A DNA stretch of 64,000 bases, taken from contig WTJK01000043.1 of the NCBI GenBank assembly GCA_011524855.1, positions 38,483 through 102,482 of the forward strand, written 5' to 3'. The stretch's first letter is position 1. Each line of letters opens with the position of its first letter. A program made the position numbers and the translations under genes. The DNA comes from Methanobacteriota archaeon (lineage in GTDB: Archaea > Thermoplasmatota > Poseidoniia > Poseidoniales > Poseidoniaceae). The notes below the pieces were generated by a model, which was given only the letters and a program-made list of their open reading frames with translations, did no database searches and was not told the origin of the DNA. Below are positions 62,637 to 64,000 of this stretch, piece by piece.

Positions 62637-63767
62637 TCAGTTCACAAATTCGATGTGACGGTGGCGAAGTGCTCGGAGTTGACGGTTCTCGGAAGCGCCG
62701 TGAATTTGGTCGCTCTTGACGCCGGTCAGCACCAGCATCACCCTCAATTCATCACCGTACTTTTCCTCATCCACCGCAGCGCCCCAAATGACTCGAGCGT
62801 GAGGAGACACACGTTCGCTGATGAGTTGTGCGCAGCGCTCAGCCTCCCCCAACGTCATGCTGCTGCCGCCGACCACGTTGATGAGGGCACCGCGAGCATC
62901 GCTGATGTCCAGATCCAACAAGGGTGAGTGCAGGGCTTCCATGGTGGCTGCTTCGGCCCGTCCGGGCCCCTTGGCAGCGCCGAGGCCAATCATTGCAACA
63001 CCTGCACCCGAGTGGATGACGGATCGCAAATCCTCGAAGTCAAGGTTGACCATGCCGTCGGTGGTGAGCAACTCGGTCAGCCCGGTGATGGACCGAACCA
63101 GCAATTCATCGCCCACGCGGAAGGCGCTGGCAATGGGAAGGTCCTTGACACCCTCGATTTCGAGCAAGCGCTCGTTGGGGATCACGAGAATGGTATCGCA
63201 GTGTTCCCTGAGGCGTTCCAACCCCCACTCGGCGTTTTGCTTTCGAAGCGACCCTTCGGACTTGAAGGGGTAGGTGACCACAGCGATGGTCATGGCACCC
63301 TGGGCTTTTGCAAGGCGAGCCAAATGACCTGCAGCGCCTGTTCCTGACCCCCCACCCATACCGGCGGTGATGATGGCGAGTTGCGTGTCGTCGGTGATTC
63401 GCTTGAGAATGCCCTCCGATTCAAGTGCCGCAGCTTCACCTTTGGTTGGATCGCCCCCAGCACCGCGTCCCCGGGCGGTACGACCGATCAACACCTTTTC
63501 TTCCAACGGTGATTGCAACAGAGCCTGAGCATCGGTGTTGATGGCATACCCCGTCACGTAGGACGAGTCGAACAATTGCTCGTCGAACAAGCGTCCGACA
63601 GCATTGCAGCCTGCACCTCCCACACCGTACACTCGGATTCGAGGTTGAAGCGATTCCAACAAGGCTCGAAGCTCTTCATCCGAACCCTCCGGGTGCTTGG
63701 CGACAGCCGGCTTTTCTCGAAGTTCGGCTTCGGATTGTTCAAGCACGCGTTCGATCAAATGGCGCAT
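62637..63767 (-). CDS. ftsZ: Cell division protein FtsZ
   Basis: 'IRVYGVGGAGCNAV', tubulin signature 'AGMGGGSGTGAAG', 'VVTYPFKSEGSLRKQNAEWGLERL', 'DTILVIPNERLL'. ATG 63767 (M43 of the track ORF) is preferred: the -29 TTCAAA box supports it, and the longer ORF would overlap the radA 3' end. Confidence 0.9.
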   Translation of the reverse strand: MRHLIERVLEQSEAELREKPAVAKHPEGSDEELRALLESLQPRIRVYGVGGAGCNAVGRLFDEQLFDSSYVTGYAINTDAQALLQSPLEEKVLIGRTARGRGAGGDPTKGEAAALESEGILKRITDDTQLAIITAGMGGGSGTGAAGHLARLAKAQGAMTIAVVTYPFKSEGSLRKQNAEWGLERLREHCDTILVIPNERLLEIEGVKDLPIASAFRVGDELLVRSITGLTELLTTDGMVNLDFEDLRSVIHSGAGVAMIGLGAAKGPGRAEAATMEALHSPLLDLDISDARGALINVVGGSSMTLGEAERCAQLISERVSPHARVIWGAAVDEEKYGDELRVMLVLTGVKSDQIHGASENRQLRALRHRHIEFVN

Positions 63768-63790
63768 GCGGGGAAAACCGTTGTAGCGAA

Positions 63791-63796
63791 TTTGAA
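63791..63796 (-). promoter_or_regulatory. putative TATA-like box TTCAAA(TT), 29 nt upstream of ftsZ ATG 63767
   Basis: Plus strand reads tttgaa. On the minus strand TTCAAATT starts at 63796, in the 86-nt gap between the radA stop codon and the ftsZ start. Confidence 0.45.
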
Positions 63797-63853
63797 TGTG
63801 TTGATTCGCAACCCCGTGGCTGGGGCGGTTTTTGCATGGTGCAACCTTGACCG

Positions 63854-64000
63854 TCAGTCGCGCAGACCTTCTTCGGTCACCTGGTAGACGCACTCGCCGT
63901 CAGGCAGGTTGGGGGAGTCCACGAGGCGGGCGATTCGACGACCGCCCTTGGCCTTTCGGAGGTAAAGTCGGAACGTGCTGGCGTGGGCGAGGATGTGACC
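63854..64000 (-). CDS. radA: DNA repair and recombination protein RadA, last 48 codons (5' part outside the window)
   Basis: Not in the ORF track because it is under 60 aa. The minus-strand translation '[48 protein letters not shown]' is the conserved archaeal RadA C-terminus. Stop codon at 63854-63856. Confidence 0.85.
   Translation of the reverse strand, partial: GHILAHASTFRLYLRKAKGGRRIARLVDSPNLPDGECVYQVTEEGLRD

Noticed and set aside
63768-63893. N-terminal 42-codon extension of the ftsZ ORF given by the track
   Set aside because: It would overlap the conserved RadA C-terminus and stop codon (63854-63856) on the same strand. The internal ATG 63767 has a -29 TTCAAA box and gives a normal FtsZ N-terminus.

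Overview
Very gene-dense, GC-rich (about 60% by eye) chromosomal segment that reads as archaeal, of the FtsZ-dividing euryarchaeal type. Informational genes are a 5'-truncated MCM, GatE, two tandem Pth2 copies, a divergent TFB-like factor, a RaSEA-type radical SAM enzyme, a Ygr210-type GTPase, FtsZ, and the 3' end of RadA, which the ORF track missed. Between them lie metabolic genes (threonine aldolase, proline iminopeptidase, PSD, PabB-PabA plus PabC-like, MaeB, ICDH, PduO-type adenosyltransferase) and many membrane or secreted proteins. I call 49 CDS. I could not find any rRNA, tRNA, CRISPR array, transposase or integrase. The most interesting items are: (1) a translationally coupled bacterial-type AddB/AddA-like helicase-nuclease pair (about 8.7 kb), with Fe-S-type cysteine sets in both nuclease domains, inside this archaeal context; (2) a 2,756-2,773 aa secreted beta-propeller / Fn3-like giant surface protein packed directly against pabC and pabBA; (3) an ~807 aa His/Arg-rich orphan protein with its own promoter; (4) a ~1,140 aa all-helical protein ending in a PIN nuclease domain; (5) a polytopic membrane protein ending in a canonical EF-hand pair; (6) a very regular promoter-like hexamer (YT[C/G/T]A[A/T]R) starting exactly 29-30 nt upstream of about 20 start codons. 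That hexamer implies mostly leaderless mRNAs and let me re-assign several start codons. All functional calls come from motif recognition by eye in the supplied translations. No database search was run.
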